Origin: Bacteroidota bacterium
GTDB taxonomy: Bacteria > Bacteroidota > Bacteroidia > Flavobacteriales_D > Sanyastnellaceae
Length of the DNA stretch: 38,777 nucleotides
Reading direction: 5' to 3'
Assembly: GCA_046051235.1 (NCBI GenBank)
Contig: JBJOON010000002.1
Location: 1-38,777 of the forward strand
The notes under the pieces are model-generated. The model did not search any database and was not told where the DNA came from. It worked only from the letters and a program-made list of their open reading frames with translations. This document shows positions 1 to 8,696 of this stretch, piece after piece; within the stretch, counting starts at the first letter, position 1; every line of letters starts with the position of its first letter. The translations under genes were made by a program, and so were the position numbers.

Positions 1-1
1 A

Positions 2-496
2 AATTGGTTCATCACGCATGTGGGCTTCAAACTGAATAAGCGTCCCGTTTTTCACATTGAATACGGAGCCATTTCGGAAGAACTCGACAAAATGGAAATT
101 GATACGCTGAGTATCAAACACATTAGCCAAGCTGTTATTGCTATTCGTAGTTCGAAGCTTCCCGATCCAAAGGTTTTAGGCAATGCCGGAAGTTTTTTCA
201 AAAATCCGACAGTTGATCTCTCTGTGTTACGAGCTATTCAGACCCACGATGAAAAGATTCCATTTTATCCAGTCAATGAAACCACTGTAAAAATTCCTGC
301 GGGGTATCTGATTGAGCATACTGGATGGAAAGGCAAACGCGTTGGAAACTGCGGTGTACATGAGAAACAAGCGCTTGTTTTGGTGAATTATGGAGGTGCA
401 ACTGGACACGAAATTTTCGATTTAAGCTCCGCTGTTATGACCGATGTCAAGAATAAATACGGCATCGAATTAGAGCGTGAAGTAAATGTGTGGTAA
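2..496 (+). CDS. murB: UDP-N-acetylenolpyruvoylglucosamine reductase, C-terminal part (5' end lies outside the window)
   Basis: The frame is open from base 2, with no stop upstream of the GTG at 20. It carries NAGSFFKNP, GWKGKRVGNCGVHEKQALVLVNYGGATG and a C-terminal IELEREV, which together are typical of the MurB C-terminal domain. Confidence 0.85.
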   Translation, partial: NWFITHVGFKLNKRPVFHIEYGAISEELDKMEIDTLSIKHISQAVIAIRSSKLPDPKVLGNAGSFFKNPTVDLSVLRAIQTHDEKIPFYPVNETTVKIPAGYLIEHTGWKGKRVGNCGVHEKQALVLVNYGGATGHEIFDLSSAVMTDVKNKYGIELEREVNVW

Positions 497-527
497 ATTA
501 GCGGCTCATTGAAAAAACCCAACACGT

Positions 528-1598
528 TTGAGCACAATAAGATTTAAGACAGCAGGAACTCCATTTTTCGATCATTTGAAAAATGGCGTAGATTCATATT
601 TCAACGCTACAAAGCGCAACAGATGGGGCAATTGGCTCATAATAGTTAAAGCAATCGTTTTACTTTCAAGCTTCTTCGCCTTATATATTTCACTTGTTTT
701 CGGAGAACTTTCCACGGCGATGAACATAGGCGCATGTGTCCTTTTGGGATTGACGTTAGCGGGTATCGGATTCAATTTGATGCACGATGGTGCTCATGGA
801 AGTTTTTCAGATAAAAAGTGGTTGAATGAAATCATGGCGCACACCCTAAACATGGTGGGTGGCGACGTTAGCCTTTGGAAGACCAAACACAATGTGATAC
901 ACCACTCGTTCACGAACATTGAAGGTCATGACGATGACATAAACATTCAGCCCATGATGCGCACAAACGAGAATCAGCCACGCTATAAGATTCATCGCTT
1001 TCAACACATTTATGGTTACTTGTTGTATTGCCTAACCTACATTTCATGGGTATGGATTGACGACGTGAAGAAATACAGAACACAGCAAGTGGGTATCACC
1101 AAGCTTCGCAAATTCACTTTCATCAATCACTTCACCTTTTGGGCAACGAAGTTGAGCTATGTAGCGACCTTCATCGTTTTACCAATCATATTCAAAGGCT
1201 TGCTTGCTGCAATCCTTGGTTATCTCATTGTTTCAACGGTAACTGGAATTGTTATTGCCGTTGTGTTCCAACTAGCACACGTTGTTGAAACAACTTCGTT
1301 CAACAATCCTGAAGAAACAAACGGTGTTATTGAAGAGGAGTGGGCGATTCACCAAATTAACACGACTAGCAATTTCGCCACTAAAAATCCTTTGGTCACT
1401 TTATTTACTGGCGGATTGAATTACCAAGTAGAACATCACTTGTTCCCACGTATTTCGCATGTGCACTATCCAGCATTGAATAAAATTGTTCGTGAGACCT
1501 GTGAGAAATTCGGAGTTCAATACAATGAATACGGAACAGTCTTCGCTGCCGTGCGTTCACATACGCGTCACTTGAAGACGATGGGTATTGCAGATTAA
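528..1598 (+). CDS. Membrane fatty-acid desaturase, front-end (DesD/delta-6-like) type, no cytochrome b5 fusion
   Basis: Three His boxes are present: HDGAHGS, HNVIHH and QVEHHLFP (Gln in the third box). There are hydrophobic stretches consistent with transmembrane helices (number not counted). It is about 50% identical by eye to the ORF at 19994-21055. The start is a TTG, because no in-frame ATG preserves the conserved N-terminus, so the start is uncertain. Confidence 0.8.
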   Translation: MSTIRFKTAGTPFFDHLKNGVDSYFNATKRNRWGNWLIIVKAIVLLSSFFALYISLVFGELSTAMNIGACVLLGLTLAGIGFNLMHDGAHGSFSDKKWLNEIMAHTLNMVGGDVSLWKTKHNVIHHSFTNIEGHDDDINIQPMMRTNENQPRYKIHRFQHIYGYLLYCLTYISWVWIDDVKKYRTQQVGITKLRKFTFINHFTFWATKLSYVATFIVLPIIFKGLLAAILGYLIVSTVTGIVIAVVFQLAHVVETTSFNNPEETNGVIEEEWAIHQINTTSNFATKNPLVTLFTGGLNYQVEHHLFPRISHVHYPALNKIVRETCEKFGVQYNEYGTVFAAVRSHTRHLKTMGIAD

Positions 1599-2605
1599 AA
1601 CGTTGCGCAAGGAATAATTCTTCGCTTCACTTTTCGCATGTTTCTGTTGTTCGCCCAGAGGTAGGTAAAACTTATCTCGTGTGAGCCTCCTGCATTTCCA
1701 ACCGCTAACTGAGATGTGGTAATGTCATAGCTGTATCCAACTTTGTATTTCCCTGTTTGAAACCCGATGAGTGCTGAAAATGAATCTCTATTCGGATGTT
1801 GGTATTGATTTGATTTAACCGGAAGTCCGCGGTACCAGATTCCCAAAACAACTGGATTCAATTCGGTATAAACACCAATGTCTAATTGGTCGAATTTACC
1901 TTGTGCCTGATAGTTGAACGCAAGCACCATGTCTTTTCCAACCTTCGAATAAAAATTCGACTTAATCTTTTTTCTTAATCCACCGTGAACGGAAAGACGT
2001 GTTGGAATAATCTCGATTGTTTCATCGTAAATGGCTTCATTCGGCTTGTTCATATGGTATACCGAAACACCCATCCAGGCTTTCGCTGAATATAATAAAG
2101 CTCCTGCTGAAGCGTCGAAGTATTTCGCTGGACCGTATGAGATTACCTCAAAGCTTGGCTCTCCTTCACGAATCATTTGATCGTAAAAAACCAAATTCCC
2201 AAAATCGAGTGTCTTACTCACAAAACCCAACTGAAGGGCAGGACGGAAAAACACGCCGCGTTTCACCTTCACTTCATAAGCATATTGCAGCTGCATGGAA
2301 GACGTCTTCAGACTGCCCGTTCCTAACTTGTCACTTCCAACTATGATTCCGAATCCACTGTTTATGGAAGACGCATAATGATCGTAAGCAAAACGATACG
2401 ATTTGAATCCGCCAGGGATCAACGACCATTGACTTCGATACAATGAACTCAATCTACTTTGTGCTGAAGCGCCTGCAAACGCGGGGTTCAACAAGGTTGG
2501 TGCTGAATAAAACTGGGTGAATTGTTGATCTTGAGCCATCGCATTCAACTCAATGAATACCAATAGCGCGAAGAAAATAGACTTCAATGTTAGTGTGTTC
2601 TTCAT
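1595..2605 (-). CDS. PorP/SprF-family type IX secretion system membrane protein
   Basis: It has a signal peptide followed by QDQQFTQFYSAPTLLNPAFAG, the characteristic PorP/SprF N-terminal motif. The length is about 330 aa with a beta-barrel-like composition. Its ATG overlaps the stop of the upstream type-B CTD adhesin (ATGA at 2602-2605). Confidence 0.85.
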   Translation of the reverse strand: MKNTLTLKSIFFALLVFIELNAMAQDQQFTQFYSAPTLLNPAFAGASAQSRLSSLYRSQWSLIPGGFKSYRFAYDHYASSINSGFGIIVGSDKLGTGSLKTSSMQLQYAYEVKVKRGVFFRPALQLGFVSKTLDFGNLVFYDQMIREGEPSFEVISYGPAKYFDASAGALLYSAKAWMGVSVYHMNKPNEAIYDETIEIIPTRLSVHGGLRKKIKSNFYSKVGKDMVLAFNYQAQGKFDQLDIGVYTELNPVVLGIWYRGLPVKSNQYQHPNRDSFSALIGFQTGKYKVGYSYDITTSQLAVGNAGGSHEISFTYLWANNRNMRKVKRRIIPCATF

Positions 2606-5600
2606 GGTGCTAAAAGTGTTAAGTCTCCTGTCATGATTTTACTGGTTCCATTCGAAAACGTTACCGATGCCTTCCAGACATAGACATCTTCCTTACTCAA
2701 TACCCCCCGATAATAACCGTCCCATCCGCGATGGATATCGTTGGTCTCGAAAATTTGCTCTCCCCATTTATTAAAGATTTGAAGTTCGTAGAGATCAACT
2801 CCCTTGTGAATTGGACAGAATATGTCGTTGGTATATCCGTACTCATCGTAATAGCCATCGCTCGGCCCGCTTGAATTGGGTGTGAAGGCGTTCGGATATT
2901 CCAAATACCCATCTCCGTATGCAAAGACAACGTCTTGAAGTATCAATGTATCTGGACAATTGAATTCGTTGTTCGCAATCAACTGAATACTGTATACTCC
3001 TTCAATATCGTAAAAGTGTTTCGGACTCACCTCATTACTTACAAATCCGTCACCGAATGACCATTCGAATACAGTGGCGTTGTCGCTTGCATTCTGACAT
3101 AAGATTGCCTGATCGGGAATTACTACTTGATGCGGATTCACCGTAAAGGAAGCAACTGCATTGGCATGTGCAATGAATAAGTTTGAAAGTTCCAATGTGT
3201 CGTTTGTGCCGTCAAAACCGTGAACGACCAACGTAGCGCCGAAAACACCGGCTTGATAAATCGTGTAAACAGGACTGTCTGAAGTGGTATATCCGCCATC
3301 ACTGAAGAACCATTCATAGGTATCGGCGTATTGTGAAAGATTGTTCAAGGTAACAGTCAAAGGAATGCATCCTTCAGCATTTCCTTCAAACAAAGCAACG
3401 GGAGCTGGAGGAATAATAGTAATGCTTTGCGCAGTCGTATCGGTGCATAAACCTTCATTCACAATCAACTCAATATTGTACGTTCCCCAAGTTGGAAATG
3501 AATGATCTCCAGGATTCGATATGTAATACTCACTTCCATCTTCCAAAGTCCAATGATAGCCAAGATTTGTCCCGATGGAATTTTCTTGAAGATTGACAGT
3601 ATTGTTAGGCCATAATTGAACCAAGGGAGTCACAGTGAATGCCGCTGTTGGAAACGGATGCACAACTACCCACAAATCTGTTGTCACTTCACAACCATAA
3701 ACATTCGTCGCGGTCAAACTCACAACGAACGTAGTGTCTACCGGATATGGATTGTAGAACGTTCCTTGTTCATTGAAGCTCGTGCTTGTGTCTCCGTTTC
3801 CTAAATTCCAGAAATAAGAAGTTGCTCCTGTACTTTGATTGTCGAAGACCACTTCAACAGGATTACATCCAGAAACAATTACATCGGCATCGGCAACCAA
3901 TTCAGGAAGAACAGTTACTTGATCTGTCCAAACATCTGTACAGCCATTCGGAGCTTCAACGGTAAGCGTAATCTGATAGGTTTGAGATTGATTCGATAAA
4001 TTGAAATACGTGTGCGTATGCTGCGCTGCAGAAGTGGTTGAATTCAATGCATCACCATACTGCCAAGAATAAGAGTTCGCACCTAAGGATGAATTAATAA
4101 AATCTACATTTAATGGGTAACATCCGTAGATCGTGTCAATAGCCGCATTCGCTATTGGGGAATACAATACTGTTAACGGGTGAACAACAGTATCTGTGCA
4201 ACCGAATGCACTGGTCGAAACGAGCGAAACGTTATAATTCAAATCTTGAAACCCATTGTTCGAATACAAGTGATATGGATTGAATGCATTCGAATAAAAC
4301 CCATCACCGAACGTCCATTCGGCTGAAGTTCCTATGGTTGAAGTATTGTTAAACTGAGCTTGCAAATTCCCGCATGAGCCGCCATTCCATGTAAAACTAG
4401 CATTAATAGATGGGTATACGGTAACAATTACTGTATCCAAATCTGAACACGAACTTATTTGGTTGGCTTGAAGAACAGCAGCATAAGTGACTGGCTGTGC
4501 AGTCGTATTCACATAGAGGAAATCATGTATTTGAGCTCCCGTCGTACTGGTTTGTCCATTTCCATAATTCCAATCGTAGCTTAAAGCATATTGCGAATTA
4601 TTCTCGAAGGTCACACTCAACGGAGAGCAACCGCTGTAATGCTGTGTTGAAACATTCGAAACAGCCTGAGGATTCACAGTTACGTTGAACGAAATACTGT
4701 CTGCACATCCAAAACTATTTTCAGAATAACAGGTTACGGTATATTGAATTGGACTCAAGGTATTGTTCACATAAACGTGAGTTGGCGATGTGTTGGTTGA
4801 AGTATAGCCATCGGCAAAATTCCATAAGTAGGTCTCGCCACCAGGCATGTTTGGGGTTTGCAAAGTGAAAGGTGAACAGCCTTCCACAACAGGCATTGAC
4901 CATTGCAAATCCAATAAAGGGCTGACCTGTACGGCTACACTTGCGCTGTCTGAACAACCCTCAGTTGAAGTAACCGTTAATGTAGTTTCGAAAGTATTCA
5001 GTAAACCGTTGATGTTGTTGAATGTATGCGATGCGTTCGATGAGTTAGCAGTTCCTAAATCGCCGAAAGACCATTCAAATTGATTTCCGTTTAGCGACGT
5101 GTTTTGAAAATTAACTTCAAGCGGAGCGCATCCAGAAATATCAGAATAAGTGAATGAGGCATTCACTTCCGGATAAACATAAACGAAATAAGTCTCTGCA
5201 TCGGTGCAACCGTAGATGGAAGTTCCTACTAAATGAACCGTGTAATTCGCTGTTGATCCTGAAAGATTCTCATAGGTGTATGAAGGTGTAGCGTCACTTG
5301 ACACATCACCGTTTCCAAAGCTCCAAGCATAATTAGCCACACTCGGAAAAAATGGTGCTTCAAATGTGAAAGGAGAACATCCAGATACCGTTGGATTAAA
5401 CAACGGGAAGATTAACGGCGGGTATATTAAAACATCATTGGAAACGGTATCGGCACAGCCACCGAGCGAAGTCGCAATTAAACTCACATTCCACGTATTT
5501 GGAACGCCAGTGGTGTTGGTATACAAATGCGATCCATTCAATCCGGTTGAACTACTGCCATCGCCGTAATTCCAAACAAAGGAAGATGCATTCAGTGAAG

Positions 5601-8139
5601 TGTTCGTGAACCCAACTGTAATCGGAGCGCAACCATCATCTTCTGTTTGTGTGAAAGAAGCTTGTGGCTGAAGGTATATCGTAACCGGAAATGACACAGT
5701 GTCCAAACAGCCGAAAGCGGATTCGCCTACAAGTGATACGGTATACGATTGAGGTGTATTTGAAAGATTGTTGTACGTATGAACCGGAGAAATAAGCGTT
5801 GAAGTAAATCCATCTCCGAAGTTCCAAGAAAAACCCTGAATACCGCTAATGGCAGGCATTTGCGCGCTATACGGCGAGCACCCAGCTAACGATGCAAATG
5901 GAAGTTGAATATCGAGTATCGGATAAATCGGAAGCGTCAACCTCGCCGTGTCTAGACAACCGCCGCTTGAATAAGCGATTAACGTCACGTCATACCACCA
6001 CAAAAAACCACTGTTGTTGTTGTAGGCATGACTCGGATTTTCAGTGGTTGAAACTGACCCGTCTCCAAATGACCAATCGTAAGAAATTGCTCCCAACGAG
6101 AAATTGTTAAACTCAACGGGTGCCGACAAACAGCCCAATTCATTATTGCCTATTTCGAAATTCGCAACAGCGCCGCCTAATACAGTCACTAAACTTGAAC
6201 TGGTATTTGTACAACCGAATTCATTGACAGCGGTAAGCACAACGTTGTAAGGTAAATTATAGATGGTATTATTTCCAAAAACGTGCGTTTCGTTTGTATT
6301 GGTTGAAAGAGGTCCGTCATTGAAGTTCCAGGAATAAGAAGTTGCTCCTTGGGAAGCATTGGTAAACGCCACTTGCAAGGGCTGACAACCAGAAACAACA
6401 TCTTGCGTAAATGAAGCCGTTGGATTCGGATGAACGGTAATCGCTCCAAGGGTGTTCGCAGAGCAATAAGGTGTTGAAACACTTAAACCAATTGTATATG
6501 ACCCCTCTGATGCATAGATATGCGAAGGTGTGGTTTGAGAAGACGTTCCACCATCACCAAACGTCCATTGGGTTTGAGTTATCGGATTGCCTGCAGCCGT
6601 TGATGTGGTATTTGTAAAAATGGCTGAGGAGTTCGCACATGAACTACTCACCGTAAAACTCGGTGTTGGGGTAACATAGACGTTCACTACGTCCGTATCG
6701 GTAGCAGAACATCCGTTGACACCTGTTGATGTCAGACTGACATTAAAACTTCCTGGAGTACCGTAAAAAAGAGGCGACGGATCTGGGCCCGTATAAGTAC
6801 CCAATGTTCCAAAATTCCACTCCCACGTTATTGCGCCCACGGTAATACTATTGAAATTCACGGTTAAACTGTCACAATTCGAAAAATCATTGGCAGTAAT
6901 GTTAATCGTGGGTGCAGGCAATACAACAACAGTAACCGAGGCGGTGTCGGCGCATGAGGCATCTTGTCCAGTGAAGTAAATCCTATTACGCACAACATAA
7001 GTTCCTGCTGTATTGTAGGTGTAGGTGGCATTTCCACTTCCAACATTTACCCATGAATTGTTTACTCCAAAATTCCAACGATATGCTTGACCCGGTGCAG
7101 CAGCCAACTGAGTAAAAACAACTTGCTCTCCTACACAAACGGTATCCGCTGAAGCGATGAAATTTGCGTTTGGTGGTTTAATGACATGAACGGTAATTGA
7201 ATGAGAAGCTATACCGCAATAACTGCTGTCGTATAGCGTAACAGTGTAATCACCTACCCCAGGAAACGAAACGGTTTGAGGAAAAGTAGGCGGCCAAGGC
7301 TGCCAATTGGTAACACTGTCTCCTGTTCCCCAATAATTCCCGAAGTCCCATTTCTCTTGTCGTTGAAAGACATTCCCGTTGTTATAACAATTTCTAATGG
7401 TCGTGTTCGTGAATATAAATTCAGTCTCTGGAAAACAAAGTGTAGTTGCAGACGGAGTAATTTGAGCAGCATCCAAAGCCCAAATATTAATCGGAAAAAA
7501 AGTCGCTACTGAAGGTCCACCTTGAACAATATTGCAATAATTCTGAGCGGTCAGAGACACTAAAATTTCACAATCTAAAGTCCCCACATTCTCATAAACG
7601 TGATTGACAATTTCATTTAAATTGGTTGAACTGTATGATTCCAAAGGCGATTCATCACCAAAATTCCACGTGAATATGGTAGTTTCCGAAACATTCGTAG
7701 ATGAATTTAAGAATATCATATTCTGAGGCGCGCAAGCTTGCGTAAACCCGTTAATCGGTATCTGTATCGAAGCATTCGTAGCCATCTCCATAACAACTAC
7801 TCCTTCAATTGAACATCCTGTCGATGGTTCAGATATCGTAACAACAAACGTATCTATTGCTGCTGCATAGAGATGTTGCATGGGCGTCGGACTCTGCCAA
7901 GTGCCGCCTGTTGTTGTTGGCGAACCATCACCCCAATCAATAACAAAATCATCCCAGGTCCCCGAAGGAAATACATTCAAATTGAAATCACCTCCTGAAC
8001 AGCTTATCCAATAAGGTGTTTCTGCAACATTACCCACGTAATCATATACGCCAGGGCATTGGGCAAAAGACAATGAAACAGAACCGAAAAAGAAAAATAA
8101 CAGAATTACAACTCTCATGGAATACATGTACGCATTCAA
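2602..8139 (-). CDS. Giant cell-surface adhesin-like protein: about 20 PKD-type Ig repeats plus a gliding-motility-associated C-terminal domain (T9SS type-B CTD, CHU_C)
   Basis: The W-x-F/Y-G-D/N-G...P-x-H-x-Y PKD signature recurs about 20 times at a spacing of roughly 83 aa. The C-terminus (EYPNAFTPNSSGP...NDIFCP...L.IFNKWGEQIF...GWDGYYRG...DVYVWK) matches the type-B sorting domain. The likely true start is the ATG at 8118 (MRVVILLFFFFGSVSLSFAQ signal peptide) rather than 8139. Confidence 0.9.
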   Translation of the reverse strand: MNAYMYSMRVVILLFFFFGSVSLSFAQCPGVYDYVGNVAETPYWISCSGGDFNLNVFPSGTWDDFVIDWGDGSPTTTGGTWQSPTPMQHLYAAAIDTFVVTISEPSTGCSIEGVVVMEMATNASIQIPINGFTQACAPQNMIFLNSSTNVSETTIFTWNFGDESPLESYSSTNLNEIVNHVYENVGTLDCEILVSLTAQNYCNIVQGGPSVATFFPINIWALDAAQITPSATTLCFPETEFIFTNTTIRNCYNNGNVFQRQEKWDFGNYWGTGDSVTNWQPWPPTFPQTVSFPGVGDYTVTLYDSSYCGIASHSITVHVIKPPNANFIASADTVCVGEQVVFTQLAAAPGQAYRWNFGVNNSWVNVGSGNATYTYNTAGTYVVRNRIYFTGQDASCADTASVTVVVLPAPTINITANDFSNCDSLTVNFNSITVGAITWEWNFGTLGTYTGPDPSPLFYGTPGSFNVSLTSTGVNGCSATDTDVVNVYVTPTPSFTVSSSCANSSAIFTNTTSTAAGNPITQTQWTFGDGGTSSQTTPSHIYASEGSYTIGLSVSTPYCSANTLGAITVHPNPTASFTQDVVSGCQPLQVAFTNASQGATSYSWNFNDGPLSTNTNETHVFGNNTIYNLPYNVVLTAVNEFGCTNTSSSLVTVLGGAVANFEIGNNELGCLSAPVEFNNFSLGAISYDWSFGDGSVSTTENPSHAYNNNSGFLWWYDVTLIAYSSGGCLDTARLTLPIYPILDIQLPFASLAGCSPYSAQMPAISGIQGFSWNFGDGFTSTLISPVHTYNNLSNTPQSYTVSLVGESAFGCLDTVSFPVTIYLQPQASFTQTEDDGCAPITVGFTNTSLNASSFVWNYGDGSSSTGLNGSHLYTNTTGVPNTWNVSLIATSLGGCADTVSNDVLIYPPLIFPLFNPTVSGCSPFTFEAPFFPSVANYAWSFGNGDVSSDATPSYTYENLSGSTANYTVHLVGTSIYGCTDAETYFVYVYPEVNASFTYSDISGCAPLEVNFQNTSLNGNQFEWSFGDLGTANSSNASHTFNNINGLLNTFETTLTVTSTEGCSDSASVAVQVSPLLDLQWSMPVVEGCSPFTLQTPNMPGGETYLWNFADGYTSTNTSPTHVYVNNTLSPIQYTVTCYSENSFGCADSISFNVTVNPQAVSNVSTQHYSGCSPLSVTFENNSQYALSYDWNYGNGQTSTTGAQIHDFLYVNTTAQPVTYAAVLQANQISSCSDLDTVIVTVYPSINASFTWNGGSCGNLQAQFNNTSTIGTSAEWTFGDGFYSNAFNPYHLYSNNGFQDLNYNVSLVSTSAFGCTDTVVHPLTVLYSPIANAAIDTIYGCYPLNVDFINSSLGANSYSWQYGDALNSTTSAAQHTHTYFNLSNQSQTYQITLTVEAPNGCTDVWTDQVTVLPELVADADVIVSGCNPVEVVFDNQSTGATSYFWNLGNGDTSTSFNEQGTFYNPYPVDTTFVVSLTATNVYGCEVTTDLWVVVHPFPTAAFTVTPLVQLWPNNTVNLQENSIGTNLGYHWTLEDGSEYYISNPGDHSFPTWGTYNIELIVNEGLCTDTTAQSITIIPPAPVALFEGNAEGCIPLTVTLNNLSQYADTYEWFFSDGGYTTSDSPVYTIYQAGVFGATLVVHGFDGTNDTLELSNLFIAHANAVASFTVNPHQVVIPDQAILCQNASDNATVFEWSFGDGFVSNEVSPKHFYDIEGVYSIQLIANNEFNCPDTLILQDVVFAYGDGYLEYPNAFTPNSSGPSDGYYDEYGYTNDIFCPIHKGVDLYELQIFNKWGEQIFETNDIHRGWDGYYRGVLSKEDVYVWKASVTFSNGTSKIMTGDLTLLAP
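2908..7960 (-). repeat. Tandem array of about 20 PKD-domain coding repeats (protein-level repeat, about 250 bp period)
   Basis: The WxFGDG motifs recur roughly every 83 codons (residues 69, 158, 264, 355, 441, 525, 604, 689, 772, 856, 939, 1023, 1106, 1190, 1275, 1359, 1444, 1530, 1610, 1693). Confidence 0.8.
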
Positions 8140-8184
8140 CCCGAACCTGTTTCAATTAAGACGATTTTTTTATACGAACAATCG

Positions 8185-8209
8185 AAAGAGCGAAAATTCA
8201 AAGCTCTTT
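8185..8209 (-). terminator. Candidate weak stem-loop terminator after the ykgJ-like gene
   Basis: AAAGAGC (8185-8191) pairs with GCTCTTT (8203-8209) around an 11-nt loop, overlapping the stop codon. No U-tract follows immediately, so this is weak. Confidence 0.3.
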
Positions 8210-8696
8210 ATGCTTTGACATCCTGCAATCGTTCAGCAATCTCAGCTACAGCAGGGCAAACAAGGGTGTTACGAAAAGTTAAATTCATGATTTGGCTCAT
8301 GTTTTTCCGATCGGTGTGCGGATACTCCTTACATGCCTTAGGACGAAATTCATAAATGCTACACTTGTTGTCTTCCAGATTTAAAAAGGTACAAGGGCTC
8401 GAATTCAAAACCCAATCTCGGTCTTCGTCTAAATGCAAATACTTATCCGTAAACTCCGCAACACGCATGCCCACATGCTTGGCTATACGCTCAATATCTA
8501 CATCGCGAAAAATGGGACTTGTAGTACGACAACAATTACCGCAGGTAAGACAATCGGTTTTTGCAAAAATTTCTTCATGCGTAGAATGAAAAACATCATC
8601 GAGCTTTTTCTTTTTTGCTAAACGATTGAACAGTTTTTTGTTCGCCTTCACATTCTTTCTCGCTTCCTCTAAAAAACGTTTTTGTTTATCATTCAT
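8208..8696 (-). CDS. YkgJ-family (UPF0153, CxxCxxCC) cysteine-cluster zinc/iron-chelating protein, cytoplasmic
   Basis: It has CLTCGNCCR plus a distal C..L....CSIYEFRPKACKEYP pattern and no signal peptide. Its ATG lies 8 nt inside the end of the upstream peroxidase gene. Confidence 0.8.
   Translation of the reverse strand: MNDKQKRFLEEARKNVKANKKLFNRLAKKKKLDDVFHSTHEEIFAKTDCLTCGNCCRTTSPIFRDVDIERIAKHVGMRVAEFTDKYLHLDEDRDWVLNSSPCTFLNLEDNKCSIYEFRPKACKEYPHTDRKNMSQIMNLTFRNTLVCPAVAEIAERLQDVKA

Noticed and set aside
2017-7512. Many 60-110-aa ORFs on both strands inside the porP and PKD-adhesin genes.
   Set aside because: All are nested in or antisense to long, motif-rich frames. They are a typical consequence of repetitive Thr/Ser/Asn/Gly-rich coding sequence with few stop codons in alternative frames.
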